From: a virus
Virus record (IMG/VR): IMGVR_UViG_3300005573_000001
Reading direction: 5' to 3' (one strand)
Length of the DNA: 64,000 nt
Part shown: positions 28,201 to 37,050 of the stretch, in pieces
Layout of the letters: each line of letters opens with the position of its first letter
Numbering within the stretch: the first letter of the stretch is position 1
Made by a program: the position numbers and the translations under genes
Notes under the pieces: model-generated
What the model saw: only the letters and a program-made list of their open reading frames with translations
Databases searched by the model: none
Told to the model about the DNA's origin: nothing

Positions 28201-31074
28201 GTAAAGTTGATTAAAATTTTCAGCGATGCTGGTCTCGACATAAACGAGCCTCGTAAGACGTATGACTACGAGGAGACTGAGTTTTTACAAAAGCTACGTA
28301 ATGTCACCGGTATCACGAAGTGTTTTAAAGTAGAGATAGTTAAGGAAAAGGATATAGCCAACGAAGAGTATAAGCAGGCATCTAACACGGTATTGACTCA
28401 AAGCATGAGCGTTGCGCACTTTGTGCCGTCAGACGTATTCAGTGACACAGAGTCTTACCAGCGTACCTTTACAGACATGTTCTCGTATGACCATCGGGGC
28501 AGATTACTGCGTGCCTTCCCGACGTTCCAGATGTTCTTAATAGATGAAGGACGATGGGCTATTAACACAAAGCTTTGGGACAACATGTATGGTTACCAGG
28601 CTATTACCAGCATAGACGTAGTCAGGGACAGACGCATGGCCGCAGACACAGCCGTAATACAAATGACAAACCTATACAGCAGTTTGTCAACCAAAGACAA
28701 TAGGTTCCGCGACCCAAGTTGGAGTTACGACCTGCTCAACATGTTCAAGAGCGGACAAACCTTAAAGGTTGTTACAGACTTTATAGGCATAACCACGGAT
28801 GAAATACTCCAAGTACGCCGGCAGCATATAGACAGTATGATGCTCAAACCAGGAGCCCGCATACACTTGCGTATAGGATATGGTTCCAACGCATGTAATC
28901 TTCCTATTGTCTTCAATGGGACCATATCAGAAGTAGACTTACAAGAGGTAGTTACGATAGTAGCACAGGGTGATGGCATAGAGCTATGCAACAAGATGGC
29001 GGGCATTGAGAACACCAACGACAAAGGTTTTATGACAGGTGCCGCTACAGTACGTGAAACGATATGTGAAATTATGACAAGCAGGGGCAGTTGGTTTAAG
29101 GACGCTATTAATCTGCTCACCCAGGGGTTAGTATGGCGCGGGCATCCATTTGGCATAGCACATTTCGGACAAGAGGGCAAGGTACCTGATGCTCTCCTGA
29201 TACCAAGGGTATTCCGTGGACCAAGCGATGACTTTGGCGAAGCCGGAGCCAACGTTTACTCAGCCAACGGAGACGACTGTTACAACAGATGGACTAGTGG
29301 TAGCAGAAAGGTACAGCTAGACAACACTCCAAGCTATATCACGTGGGGAATAAGGCAACTTGGCGGCGACCCCAACGCAAAAACTAGGGACAATAAAGAT
29401 TTAAAGATTAAGATATACAAGCGGGACAAAACCCCATGGGACGTATTTCAGACCTTAGCTGCGGCATGCCCTGATTTCATCTGCGCTGTAGAACCATTCG
29501 AGTTGCGCAGTACACTGTTCTTTGGCAGACCAAACTATGGCTTAGCATACAAGTATGGGTACCTATATGCCTTCAGTAGGGATATTCCGAGCGATCCCAA
29601 TAATGATAAGTCACCCCCTGCAGACCCAGAGTTACGTATGCTAGTTCCGGTAGTAGCGCACGAATACAGGAAGCCCTTTGTACAGTATCATATCTTTAAC
29701 AGTATGATGGATATAATTAATAATAAGATTAAGGCTACAGACATCGGTATGTATACTAACGTACGTGTGTCCTACGGAGGCGTCAGTAAGGATGCCGGCA
29801 CGTTGACGGAAACCATATCTCTGGATGACGACATATTTACGCAGCACCAGAAGACGGCGATTGTAGAGGTAGGTATTGCCAAGGACGACCTACTTGGAGA
29901 CTTAGCTATCAATTACTTTACGCAAGAACTGCATGCGACTAATGCCGGGGCATCGGCACTAGCTGATTTTTGTAAGAATATGTACGACGGCGAGCTGGTT
30001 GTAATGGGATACCCGAGTATAAAGCCCCACGATAAGATATACATCGACGACACGTATAACGAAATGCAGGGACTTGTCGGTGTCAAGCGCGTAATACACC
30101 ACTTCTCATTCGAAACTGGCTTCATTACAAGCATATGCCCCGACTGTATCGCTATCATAGACGACCCGATCGAATCCGCAAGAATCAACTATGTTACGGC
30201 TGCCATCAGTGGAATAGTAGGTGGATTTATCGCCAGAAGAGTTGGTATGTCGCTTATGAGCAGCTTGGTCGGTAAATTGTTTGGACGCGCCTTTATGCGC
30301 AGGCCAGACGAGGCAGCCGGCGAATACGGCGAAGGCATCTTCTGGAAACTATATTCAAAGGCAGGAACATGCGCGAAGGAAGAGGCACAGGAGCGCGTTA
30401 AAATTATACTTGATGCTGTGCGCAATGAAGCGGGAGAGTATAAGGGAATAAAGAAGAGCCGGTATAGCCTCAAGCGAGTAATTGAAGCTATGGAAAATAA
30501 CAAGGGCTACTTTATGGACGCAGACGCATATATGAAAACATACGAAGAAGCCCTGAAGGTTACAAAGGACGTTGAAAAGGCAAGCGCAATAGCGGAAGAG
30601 GCCAGCATAAGCAAATTCCTCAAGTTCTTCAGACAGGTCGATAAGATCGCTGACGTTGCACGGGAGGGCGGCACGATAGCAAGGCTTGGAGGCAAGATAC
30701 TCAAGACAGCTAAAGCAATTATTACGGCCATAGATGCCAGCACGCTTGTCGGCCTAATAGCCTCAATAGGCATCAGTATAGCATGTTCATATCTGACTGA
30801 GTTCTATAGGCGTTGGTTAAGATATAGGCAAGCCGTAATCTTATTCCCTGTCAAATTGCATGGTAAAGCCTTAACAGCTGGTATTAACGGACACATGGGG
30901 TGTGTTTATGGAGACCCGATGGGCGTCCTTGATAAAGTATTGTATAAAGACTTGGAAGGCCTCAATGACTTTGTCATCAACTTCCTCGGCGGCGGCGACG
31001 ATGTTGACGTTTCCGCAAGGTATAGAGTAACTAACCCAGAAGAATGGGTTAACACCAGGGAAACGCAGGGATAG
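22273..31074 (+). CDS. Giant baseplate hub-like virion protein with N-terminal thermonuclease (SNase) domain
   Basis: N-terminal KVVKVYDGDT...VRLVGIDCAE...DTHGRL. C-terminal hub-like motifs (ADTAVIQMTN, PGARIHLRIGYGSN, VFNGTISEV, GELVVMGYPSIKPHDKIYIDD, VKRVIHHFSFETGFITSI) typical of gp27/gpD-like hubs. Located before the spike and wedge genes. Confidence 0.7.
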   Translation: MSNSDNVLSQAEFSSSAVKAFQKAHAQDNINYQFEMFPGGINPDPSGTNGVRITTPECLYGKVVKVYDGDTFDIELYAVSEGLQLWINGGLEDPFLYDTASNKHIYYTVRLVGIDCAELKSTSNSEEKNREYLYYLGIRDTTDTLSRMYDLAEEAKAATAKMVLNKMVVVWLENDVAAPHHVDTHGRLVGCVYVPLTKGNNGSSKDYPEWNQIGINVNTTLLATKTKIFEHENPDTRLAKISIYLDSSNNELVSRFPIAAWANLGMKPGEQQTDEVDTELNRMIDKWLEAISVSERGGVYIGSDGTLWGHKTEGDNIVCKEIIAGGKDGVTFGTRRFVQDDIWVNNLNPIPAAEDEAELSSKGYKLDLQDIPGINQYGYVDTRVRIGDTILTVPPLAIRVRNVTQSTKVNTLRNNSSMQTQSGYVNTVVEMELFFHDLESINGIEIPNPFQNADFTFKDGVPPILTERWKNPYAINGLRSLIAQFKKAPFLPIYCEYLEDAHEIGAVALESINVSTVPGFPNCLMATLVMTAFDWNTYLIDCADFGDKFNWPIFRWYYQHCMQPSKNNKGYDTFTYLPAIGKDNTTSDKISFYIADEGVLAARLWAIKEMRNYISPLDFKEQSKDKTVALGQMQYDGITINSAIDQANRFKQWIAETTDTNRRGNAQVVPDFRCAGMSANDPPVHLPTTYGQVYHILTGGGKYPFNMMPPSINRDGNVVFEQFAGRLCVSTYLGCPVENFYDMFGNPINLYSYNTRPSPYQIFTGHYADYLKHLGKSACAEDVAKMLPEAVWAKYFTEMMEYVYGKNATDYYFVINGMLPTRLYDLTDTGIAMGYALDSVFNNIAFIKFVGMNKIQLLYDSANSKITETTRKNIDDNPYLLAQGGGMMYIPLYAEINSVIIEGSKYVFIDIPSNEESAGCVRVVAAIPLGDDVICAQLKRAAKYYDESIQGYSNFINYMNKFYESDESDLPMLLAVTNDKTKSSDPNYNTYFMDAEALSVDVTLENVFATQQLQEMPSPTIQYLGSQDGYINIVYQTNNMNDVKALQRLFSTSQRIARDYRIAISSAFLGIENSFINMMGINHCLVDRFEVSTIAGFPGSYSIALALVAFDKSQRRREELANMPLAPDMDEDTTVMDYKLQTSTAKKEMLQRMQAYNLKPNSSSDDVIKRMPFLGLFSFVSQNDDKLKSAIFQYKLQTQEVYPDLELPTWEEFACAIPYLNCGIKSIEEYNDKLQTFTEAPIAQARGKYVDPDFYIKCDITFSMETIGEMFDNNTKAMLLKDTYGARAADIAPAVSITNALGRSDASDEMQVPYVSFNDQFAYMDSVQRDVAGQIQAIEEQNRKEAYNIEPASTVTVAMWANIEQGGCEFNMIDPTPDQKNSGDETYSEDLSIRPEGDGGILKRMFSDSNFNGFTKEPGFNKIYDKLLDSEVNELYAKILEAEVDKTVIKEPTDDEVDIFIEGMAAQLFRTVSIVEDDGNLSQVALTPSTWKFNHTEYTLRTGNDVASGFIIESASAAKGKNSWTYGQRTVSAPQITVRKVINAFKAILDIGSQWDQFMQNPYLVRNQKTHVPRVKLYDAEHIVTYDDGSIKIGMAQVCTNWDVIEDEEDIARLAWDWQFNVFCGFKRFIQLLYKNATHGNHSHEAYAWPLDYAMAQYWDIDNDLNSNMYIQTRNKMISKYGQRRAAMANFSHLVTQGVAHQVQEELAIKLYEHNGVIGQSTVHNGILLPELKYADNYVGRYNEEINLSGSEYNVDIQEWSKLHEALIMDRAQIGAHILPRLPVLEVGFSTNTSSPEHLSVPYISAFARIAVFQALSDYIHKDTKRVEAIQNLTSAINSVHSLISVSEIPPTEKEKSIKKVRDAILNLYKTDPTLFALFMYESEALRGDWIVRTGSGATTSYITVPMRRAEDGTYKTIYIRYGININPTVSPNMTIPATYMGQENVVESDLGPIDISACNYKPEDDQVVFKCSVDSVKLIKIFSDAGLDINEPRKTYDYEETEFLQKLRNVTGITKCFKVEIVKEKDIANEEYKQASNTVLTQSMSVAHFVPSDVFSDTESYQRTFTDMFSYDHRGRLLRAFPTFQMFLIDEGRWAINTKLWDNMYGYQAITSIDVVRDRRMAADTAVIQMTNLYSSLSTKDNRFRDPSWSYDLLNMFKSGQTLKVVTDFIGITTDEILQVRRQHIDSMMLKPGARIHLRIGYGSNACNLPIVFNGTISEVDLQEVVTIVAQGDGIELCNKMAGIENTNDKGFMTGAATVRETICEIMTSRGSWFKDAINLLTQGLVWRGHPFGIAHFGQEGKVPDALLIPRVFRGPSDDFGEAGANVYSANGDDCYNRWTSGSRKVQLDNTPSYITWGIRQLGGDPNAKTRDNKDLKIKIYKRDKTPWDVFQTLAAACPDFICAVEPFELRSTLFFGRPNYGLAYKYGYLYAFSRDIPSDPNNDKSPPADPELRMLVPVVAHEYRKPFVQYHIFNSMMDIINNKIKATDIGMYTNVRVSYGGVSKDAGTLTETISLDDDIFTQHQKTAIVEVGIAKDDLLGDLAINYFTQELHATNAGASALADFCKNMYDGELVVMGYPSIKPHDKIYIDDTYNEMQGLVGVKRVIHHFSFETGFITSICPDCIAIIDDPIESARINYVTAAISGIVGGFIARRVGMSLMSSLVGKLFGRAFMRRPDEAAGEYGEGIFWKLYSKAGTCAKEEAQERVKIILDAVRNEAGEYKGIKKSRYSLKRVIEAMENNKGYFMDADAYMKTYEEALKVTKDVEKASAIAEEASISKFLKFFRQVDKIADVAREGGTIARLGGKILKTAKAIITAIDASTLVGLIASIGISIACSYLTEFYRRWLRYRQAVILFPVKLHGKALTAGINGHMGCVYGDPMGVLDKVLYKDLEGLNDFVINFLGGGDDVDVSARYRVTNPEEWVNTRETQG

Positions 31075-31087
31075 TAGGAGGACCTAT

Positions 31088-33103
31088 ATGTCAATAGAAG
31101 TAATGAAAGAATTCTGGGAGTATCTATATCCACGGGTAAATAGGGACATATATATTAATGGAGCACAAGGACATCAAGCGTCAGACGAGTATATTAGAAA
31201 GCATGAGGGCAGTGAAAATAACCATTACAACCGTACAGTAAAGTTGCTAAAAAAGCGCTTAAAGGCCGGCATCAAACAGGAGGATATTCATGCTTTCGAT
31301 TGTTCTGGTCTTGGCTGCAAATTCTTTCTAGAAAAGAAGCTTATCAAGAGAGACTCAACAGCCAGTACGCTATTCCACGGTTATTGTAAGGAAATAACCA
31401 AAGAAGATTTACTGGCTGGAGATATGGTATTCCGTAGGCATAAGGGTAGAGTACACCACGTTGGATACGTCACACCATACGGAGTAATAGAAAGCGCAGG
31501 ACACGACTCTGGCGTTATTGTAGGCCATAAGTGGTATTGGAATGTCTACGGTAGACCGAAGTTCTGGAAGGACGATATAGAAGCATATAATTGTAAGCCG
31601 CAGTATACTTATACGTCCATTCCTGGGTATACCCCCGCGACATCTAGTTCATCGGATAGTAGCACAGACAGCAGTAGCACAGACGACAGTAAAGACTATT
31701 CGTGGTGCAACAGCAACGTCAGTAACCTTCAGGTAAAACAAATAGCCCATATGATCTCGGGCGCTGAGGGTAAGGAAGGCTCTTGTCGCTGGGACGATGG
31801 TAACTGCCTGAGTGTAGGTATGTTACAGTGGCACGGCAATAGAGGCAGAGACCTCATCAAGGAAATAGAAGAGGAGGATTCGTCACAAACACAAGTTTTA
31901 GATAACGGGGGCGTTAGGAGTAGGTCTGAAAGTTGGTCCGACTACATCCCGCCAGCTGGTAGCCAAAGGGACGCTATCGAGTCCGTTATGAAGAGCGATG
32001 CCAGTAAAAAAGTACAACACAGGAAGATTATTAAGGATACAATAAAGTACCTTAAGAAGATCGACGCATGGGGTATGGATAAGCTCACCGTTGGCACTAA
32101 GGCCCTAATAGCTGACCTTTATAATAACGAAGGACATAATGGTCCAACAGTCAAGTGGTGTAGGAAAAATTTTAAGGACGTAACCATCACCTTCGACGAG
32201 GCGTGGCCTAAGATGGATGAGGTACGTCGAGCAGCACGTGATGGCAATAAACGTGTCTATGGGCAACACAAAAAAGCCAAAGCAATAGAAGATGGTACGT
32301 ATAAGCACAAGATAGACTATGAGGATAACGATAGTGATACAGAGGATACGAGTGATAGTAGCGACTCGTTAAGGGAATACGATGACCAGTACATAGTAAG
32401 CGCAACCAAGATTATGAGTAAAATTGTGTACGACGAGAATATGGATGAGAAAACCGCTCGTGGTACAGACCGCTGGATGACCAAGTACATTGCTGAGGCC
32501 GTGGACAAGATGAACGACGCTCAGCGGGCTACAAGCTATACAATACGAAGCGATAATACAAACCAAAGCAGCACCGACCCTACTCTTATACCAGGAACTA
32601 ACTTGAAATATAACCCGTCTGCTACTGGCGGCATATGGTCGCTACCAATTAACAAGGCATATTGTGTGTCGCTAACGCAACTTGACGCCGCAGAGGACGC
32701 CATGGCAGACTACTGGGATGACTCTACCCACCAAGCAGATATGGTCGAACTTGCCGATACTAAGTTCACGTTTGCCGACAAGACACAGAATAAATTCAGG
32801 TCAGACTTTGCCGCATATATGACCATCTTGCGGATGCAGGTCATAACGAAGGGAAACGTATCTACACTAAGGGATGCATCCTGCAAGATGACTGTCATGC
32901 GTGGGTTTACACCGAAGAGCTCCACAGGAGCAGAGAAAGGACATATGGGCGGGATAGCAATAGACATCACGGTTGCCAACCAAGACGACGCAGTGGCGCT
33001 TGCTAATGCCGCAATTACAGCCGGCTTCATGGGCGTAACTATATCAAGCAAGAACTTCGTTCATATAGGCCTATGGGGAACAGGCACAATAACAAACGAA
33101 TAG
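31088..33103 (+). CDS. Virion-associated multi-domain peptidoglycan hydrolase (NlpC/P60 + lysozyme-like + M15-like peptidase)
   Basis: FDCSG...GDMVF...HHVG (NlpC/P60); GAEG...DDGNCLSVGMLQW (lysozyme-fold); HMGGIAIDI...FVHIG (HxxxxxxD...H zinc peptidase). Domains are separated by Ser/Asp-rich linkers. Confidence 0.75.
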   Translation: MSIEVMKEFWEYLYPRVNRDIYINGAQGHQASDEYIRKHEGSENNHYNRTVKLLKKRLKAGIKQEDIHAFDCSGLGCKFFLEKKLIKRDSTASTLFHGYCKEITKEDLLAGDMVFRRHKGRVHHVGYVTPYGVIESAGHDSGVIVGHKWYWNVYGRPKFWKDDIEAYNCKPQYTYTSIPGYTPATSSSSDSSTDSSSTDDSKDYSWCNSNVSNLQVKQIAHMISGAEGKEGSCRWDDGNCLSVGMLQWHGNRGRDLIKEIEEEDSSQTQVLDNGGVRSRSESWSDYIPPAGSQRDAIESVMKSDASKKVQHRKIIKDTIKYLKKIDAWGMDKLTVGTKALIADLYNNEGHNGPTVKWCRKNFKDVTITFDEAWPKMDEVRRAARDGNKRVYGQHKKAKAIEDGTYKHKIDYEDNDSDTEDTSDSSDSLREYDDQYIVSATKIMSKIVYDENMDEKTARGTDRWMTKYIAEAVDKMNDAQRATSYTIRSDNTNQSSTDPTLIPGTNLKYNPSATGGIWSLPINKAYCVSLTQLDAAEDAMADYWDDSTHQADMVELADTKFTFADKTQNKFRSDFAAYMTILRMQVITKGNVSTLRDASCKMTVMRGFTPKSSTGAEKGHMGGIAIDITVANQDDAVALANAAITAGFMGVTISSKNFVHIGLWGTGTITNE

Positions 33104-33112
33104 GGTGAAAAC

Positions 33113-33559
33113 ATGAGCGTAATCAAAGATGTAGTCAAGAAAGAGTTACAGGGACTCGGAGCAAACGAGGAATGCTATGGGATAATCAAGGATAAGAGCG
33201 CCGATGGGACCACCGTAGACGTAATGATAACGGATTCAACCAGCGCCGGCGTTGGTACGCTTGTAGGCGTATCTACCCAATACTTAGGTACTAGCAGCGG
33301 CATAGTCGGCGCTAACCTTAACCGCGGAGACAGGGTTACGGTAAAGTTTTTGGGTAGGCAGAAGACTATACCAGTAGTAGTTGGCACTATAAACAAAACA
33401 GGAACAGCCGCTATGCTTAACGATACGCAAATGACTGGGGACGCTGCCAACCCGCTAAGCAGCTATAAATTTGCAGCCGGTATACCGGACACCGGAAATA
33501 GCACATATGACGCAGACGCTGTTGAGGCGAAAATACAGTCTATTCTAGGAGGTCTATAA
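33113..33559 (+). CDS. Putative baseplate spike OB-fold protein
   Basis: YGII...TVDV...GDRVTVKF..IPVVVGTI resembles the gp5/gpV N-terminal OB domain. Position between hub and wedge genes. Confidence 0.5.
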   Translation: MSVIKDVVKKELQGLGANEECYGIIKDKSADGTTVDVMITDSTSAGVGTLVGVSTQYLGTSSGIVGANLNRGDRVTVKFLGRQKTIPVVVGTINKTGTAAMLNDTQMTGDAANPLSSYKFAAGIPDTGNSTYDADAVEAKIQSILGGL

Positions 33560-34101
33560 TGCCAATTCAATTAGTACCAAGGCCGGCAGAAGAGTCAACA
33601 ATAGACCCTATACAAGCCAAGGCGCTGCAAGCCTTAGCTATGGCCGGCTCGCTGCACGTAGAAACCAACCATAGAACAAAGGATAAGTTTCAAGACCAAG
33701 AAGTAGGACTTATACACCCCCGCAACGCAAGCTATGCGCGCATCAGGGATAACGGAAACATAGAGTTGTTTGCTAGTAACGGTTGTGGCATAGAAATAGG
33801 GAGAAACCCAGAGGGCGTGGCTATTTCTGGAGCTACAATGGAACTCAACTCCAAGACCATAAATATTAGAGTAAATCCAAGTGGCCTCAGCGTAAATGGA
33901 TATATCCTAAACCCAAACCTATACCTATTTGCAAATGGACAATATGCAAGGAACCTAAGACTGCAGGCTACGGTCGACCTATATGACACGTCTACCGGTG
34001 AATGGAGCACGGTGGAGACAAGCATAAGGCCCTTTGTGCAGAGGGCCAGCGACATTGGATACTACGATAATAATTTATTAAAGTTAGTCCTTGACAAATA
34101 A
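33559..34101 (+). CDS. Putative spike beta-strand/baseplate protein
   Basis: TAATG-coupled to the previous gene. Short beta repeats (SYARIRDNGNIELFA..GIEI..VAISGATMELNSKTINI) like spike beta-helices. Confidence 0.45.
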   Translation: MPIQLVPRPAEESTIDPIQAKALQALAMAGSLHVETNHRTKDKFQDQEVGLIHPRNASYARIRDNGNIELFASNGCGIEIGRNPEGVAISGATMELNSKTINIRVNPSGLSVNGYILNPNLYLFANGQYARNLRLQATVDLYDTSTGEWSTVETSIRPFVQRASDIGYYDNNLLKLVLDK

Positions 34102-34119
34102 CATTAGGAGTGATACAAT
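34091..34119 (+). promoter_or_regulatory. Sigma70/SigA-consensus promoter-like sequence
   Basis: TTGACA (34091-34096), 17 bp spacer, TACAAT (34114-34119) with extended -10 TG. Overlaps the SD of the 34123 gene, so it may be coincidental. Confidence 0.4.
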
Positions 34120-34122
34120 ACC

Positions 34123-34542
34123 ATGAGTACAGATATGCTCTTCTCTAAGGAAGGAGACATCCAAGTCGTACCTAAAGCACAGCTTGCAGACGGTACGGTT
34201 CTTTACGATATAGCCATAACTTACGACGAAAATGCCCTCAGTCAGATAGTATATAATAGGATCAAGACACAAGCACCGGACTGGTTCTTACACCCAACCC
34301 TTGGAAGCAACCTAGAGGACTTGATTGGAGAGCCTAATAGTAAGCTGACAGCAGTACGCGGCGAGGGCATGATTATGCAAGTCTTGACGTATGACAACCT
34401 ACTCAACGCAAATGCAGTATCCGTTAAGGGAATCCCAACAGCACACGACACAATAGTATTTATAATTACGGTCACTGTCAGAGGCACGCGCAATATAGTA
34501 ATCCCAGTCACATTCAACCTGTACACAGGTATTAGTTCATAG
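34123..34542 (+). CDS. Baseplate wedge subunit, gp25/GPW-like
   Basis: 139 aa. GDI...ALSQIVYNRIKTQAPDWFLHPTLGSNLEDLIGEP is characteristic of gp25/gp46-like proteins. Precedes the baseplate J-like gene. Confidence 0.8.
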   Translation: MSTDMLFSKEGDIQVVPKAQLADGTVLYDIAITYDENALSQIVYNRIKTQAPDWFLHPTLGSNLEDLIGEPNSKLTAVRGEGMIMQVLTYDNLLNANAVSVKGIPTAHDTIVFIITVTVRGTRNIVIPVTFNLYTGISS

Positions 34543-34551
34543 GGTGATAAC

Positions 34552-35361
34552 ATGTTACCAGGTAAAACATATGACCAAATATTAACCGATATGCTAGCGG
34601 ATATGGTTAAGATGACCCCGTTCACATATACTGAGGAAGGCAGCATAGCACGCTCGTTTTTCGAAGTAGTAGCATATCAAATAGGCGACTTATACTCTCA
34701 ATTAGAGGAAGACGTCGCTAACTGCAGAATATCTACAGCCACGGGAAGCTACTTGGACGAAATAGGGCAAATCGTAGGATGTACAAGGGGAACTGGCGAA
34801 GGCGACGAAAACTACCGATACCGTATAGCTAATCAAGTATATACGGCAGCTAAGTCAAACAAAACAGCCCTCGACATACTATGTAGACAAGTAGACGGAG
34901 TTAAAGACCTAATTTGGATGCCATACTCCAATGGTGTCGGCTCCTTCTCCGTATATGTAATTACGGATGAAATAGACACACCAAACGCTGTAGTCAACGC
35001 AGTACAGAACATAATCGAGCAAAACCAAGCGCTCGGTATAAGTGGCTACGCAAAGAAACCAACATTAATCCCAGTAGACTTGAAGATGCAAGCCGTATTT
35101 CCAAACAACACTCCCGATAGCTTAAGAGTACAGACGTGCGATACTATAGCCACGGCAATTGCTTCATATATAAATTACCTGCCCATGGGAGCTTCCTTAT
35201 CAATACAAGATATAAGGCAGAGTATGAAGGCTTCATACAATATAATGGACATAATCCCACAGGGTATAATTATTGCCGATATAGCAAGAGAAGTTACCGA
35301 CATGTATGCAATTAAGCTGGACGAGCGTTTATACGCGAGAAACATCAACGTGACCAAGTAG
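34552..35361 (+). CDS. Baseplate J-like wedge protein (short form)
   Basis: KTYDQIL...EGSIARSF...TATGSYLDEIG..GCTR..GEGDENYRYRI...VDGV...G.FSVYV motifs. Confidence 0.85.
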   Translation: MLPGKTYDQILTDMLADMVKMTPFTYTEEGSIARSFFEVVAYQIGDLYSQLEEDVANCRISTATGSYLDEIGQIVGCTRGTGEGDENYRYRIANQVYTAAKSNKTALDILCRQVDGVKDLIWMPYSNGVGSFSVYVITDEIDTPNAVVNAVQNIIEQNQALGISGYAKKPTLIPVDLKMQAVFPNNTPDSLRVQTCDTIATAIASYINYLPMGASLSIQDIRQSMKASYNIMDIIPQGIIIADIAREVTDMYAIKLDERLYARNINVTK

Positions 35362-35370
35362 GGATAATAT

Positions 35371-37038
35371 ATGGCAATTAACAGAAAAACCCGGTCAATG
35401 ATAAACATGTTTCCGTCATGGATGGAAACCAGACGGAATCAGGATAGCAACGGTGCAAGGCTTCTAAATGTCTGTGGAACGCACCTCGATATTGCCGAGA
35501 ACGATATAAAGGATTTTCTATACGACAGTTTCATAAGGACAGTCGACTTAGACGCCGTTGACCTAATCTATAAGGCACAGTTATTTACCGACGTACTCTT
35601 CGCAACCCACCTAGAGGTTGTTGGATATATCGGGAATACCGCCTATACCCTTATAGATGCTGGAAATTTGCGCTCATTCTATATGGAGGCAGAAGACAGT
35701 AATGTCTATATAGCAGACAGAATAGACCGCGTAGTATATGTACGAAGACTGTTCGACAGAATAACCGTCAACGGCGAAGAGTGCCCTATAGAGGCACAAC
35801 ATGTATGGAACGCACTCGACGAATTAGGATTACTAGTAGGTGTGCCAAGGCTTACCGGCGAAGGTAATGCAGAATACCAAGCTCGTATCCTAAACAGGAC
35901 TGAAGCCCCGGGAAGCGACAATAGGAACGCGTTTATCAACCACGTAAGAAGAAGTCTTGGGCTCAGTCCGGGAGAGATAACGGTAAATTCACTCAATACC
36001 TTGGCCTTTGAGGGGAGCCTACTCAATAGCGACGGTACTCCAAGCGATACATTAATAAAGTACGTAGAGAGCGTAAACTCCGTACTACCTATGATTGTTG
36101 GTAAGGGACAATGGGATAAGGCCTATTGGGATGCACTTGACGAGGCCAATGTAGGATTTTGTTATCTACCACATGTATGGGACGTATCGACAGATGTATG
36201 GAGTGATAGCGACTTTCAGTCTGGGTATGGTAGCGGAGACGACGTGCTTATATCCAGCCCAGAGGAACAACCCGATACCCAAGAGTTCGACTACTGGGTA
36301 GGACTGCGCGGTAAATATGTAGAGAAGACTGCGTCATACCCAGAACACACGTGCTCACTCAAGCTGTATGCAGAAGGTACGATAGACAGTATAGACGTCG
36401 AGCCAGAGGAATTCGACTATACTATAATAGCTTCCCCACGCATACCGTTATTAATGACGATTAGAGCAAACGATACCTGGGTACAATCCGTACATGCTGA
36501 TCCCAATAACCTAGATGCAATAACTGACATTAGGACGACAGGTGAAAGCCCAACTGCATCCGACTTTATAGTCCAGCATAGTAGAGACAGGCTGCAGCTC
36601 TTTTCAGGCACCGAATACAGGAGCCCTCAGGCGGAAAGGGTCCAAGTTAAAGTGGAGCTGTATCCATCTCTAGACAGAAGCGCCGCACCCGTCGTCGACG
36701 CTATATCCCTTCAATGGAGAGATGGCAATAATATTAGCCACATACTAAACTTTACCGAATACACGCAGAGCACAAAGGCAATCTACTCAAGCGGCAACAA
36801 CTATATAGCCACATTCGATGTCGACGGTTCAGTCACTAACGTGCTGACTGCTCAAAATATCGTGTCTACTAATATAGAGTATATTGCTGGTACTAACGAC
36901 GATGCGTCGATAACAATAAGCAAGGGAACTTACACAAAACTAATCGACACGCAAAATGAATGGCACATAAACCAGAACAAGCCGCTGTCAAGTAACATCA
37001 ACATATCTACCAATGGTACAATAAACCTGAATATATAA
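35371..37038 (+). CDS. Baseplate wedge/tail structural protein
   Basis: Follows the J-like gene. MFPSW and VWNALDELGLLVGVPRLTGEGNAEYQARI are typical of gpI/gp7-like wedge partners. Confidence 0.6.
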   Translation: MAINRKTRSMINMFPSWMETRRNQDSNGARLLNVCGTHLDIAENDIKDFLYDSFIRTVDLDAVDLIYKAQLFTDVLFATHLEVVGYIGNTAYTLIDAGNLRSFYMEAEDSNVYIADRIDRVVYVRRLFDRITVNGEECPIEAQHVWNALDELGLLVGVPRLTGEGNAEYQARILNRTEAPGSDNRNAFINHVRRSLGLSPGEITVNSLNTLAFEGSLLNSDGTPSDTLIKYVESVNSVLPMIVGKGQWDKAYWDALDEANVGFCYLPHVWDVSTDVWSDSDFQSGYGSGDDVLISSPEEQPDTQEFDYWVGLRGKYVEKTASYPEHTCSLKLYAEGTIDSIDVEPEEFDYTIIASPRIPLLMTIRANDTWVQSVHADPNNLDAITDIRTTGESPTASDFIVQHSRDRLQLFSGTEYRSPQAERVQVKVELYPSLDRSAAPVVDAISLQWRDGNNISHILNFTEYTQSTKAIYSSGNNYIATFDVDGSVTNVLTAQNIVSTNIEYIAGTNDDASITISKGTYTKLIDTQNEWHINQNKPLSSNINISTNGTINLNI

Positions 37039-37050
37039 GGGGAGATCACA

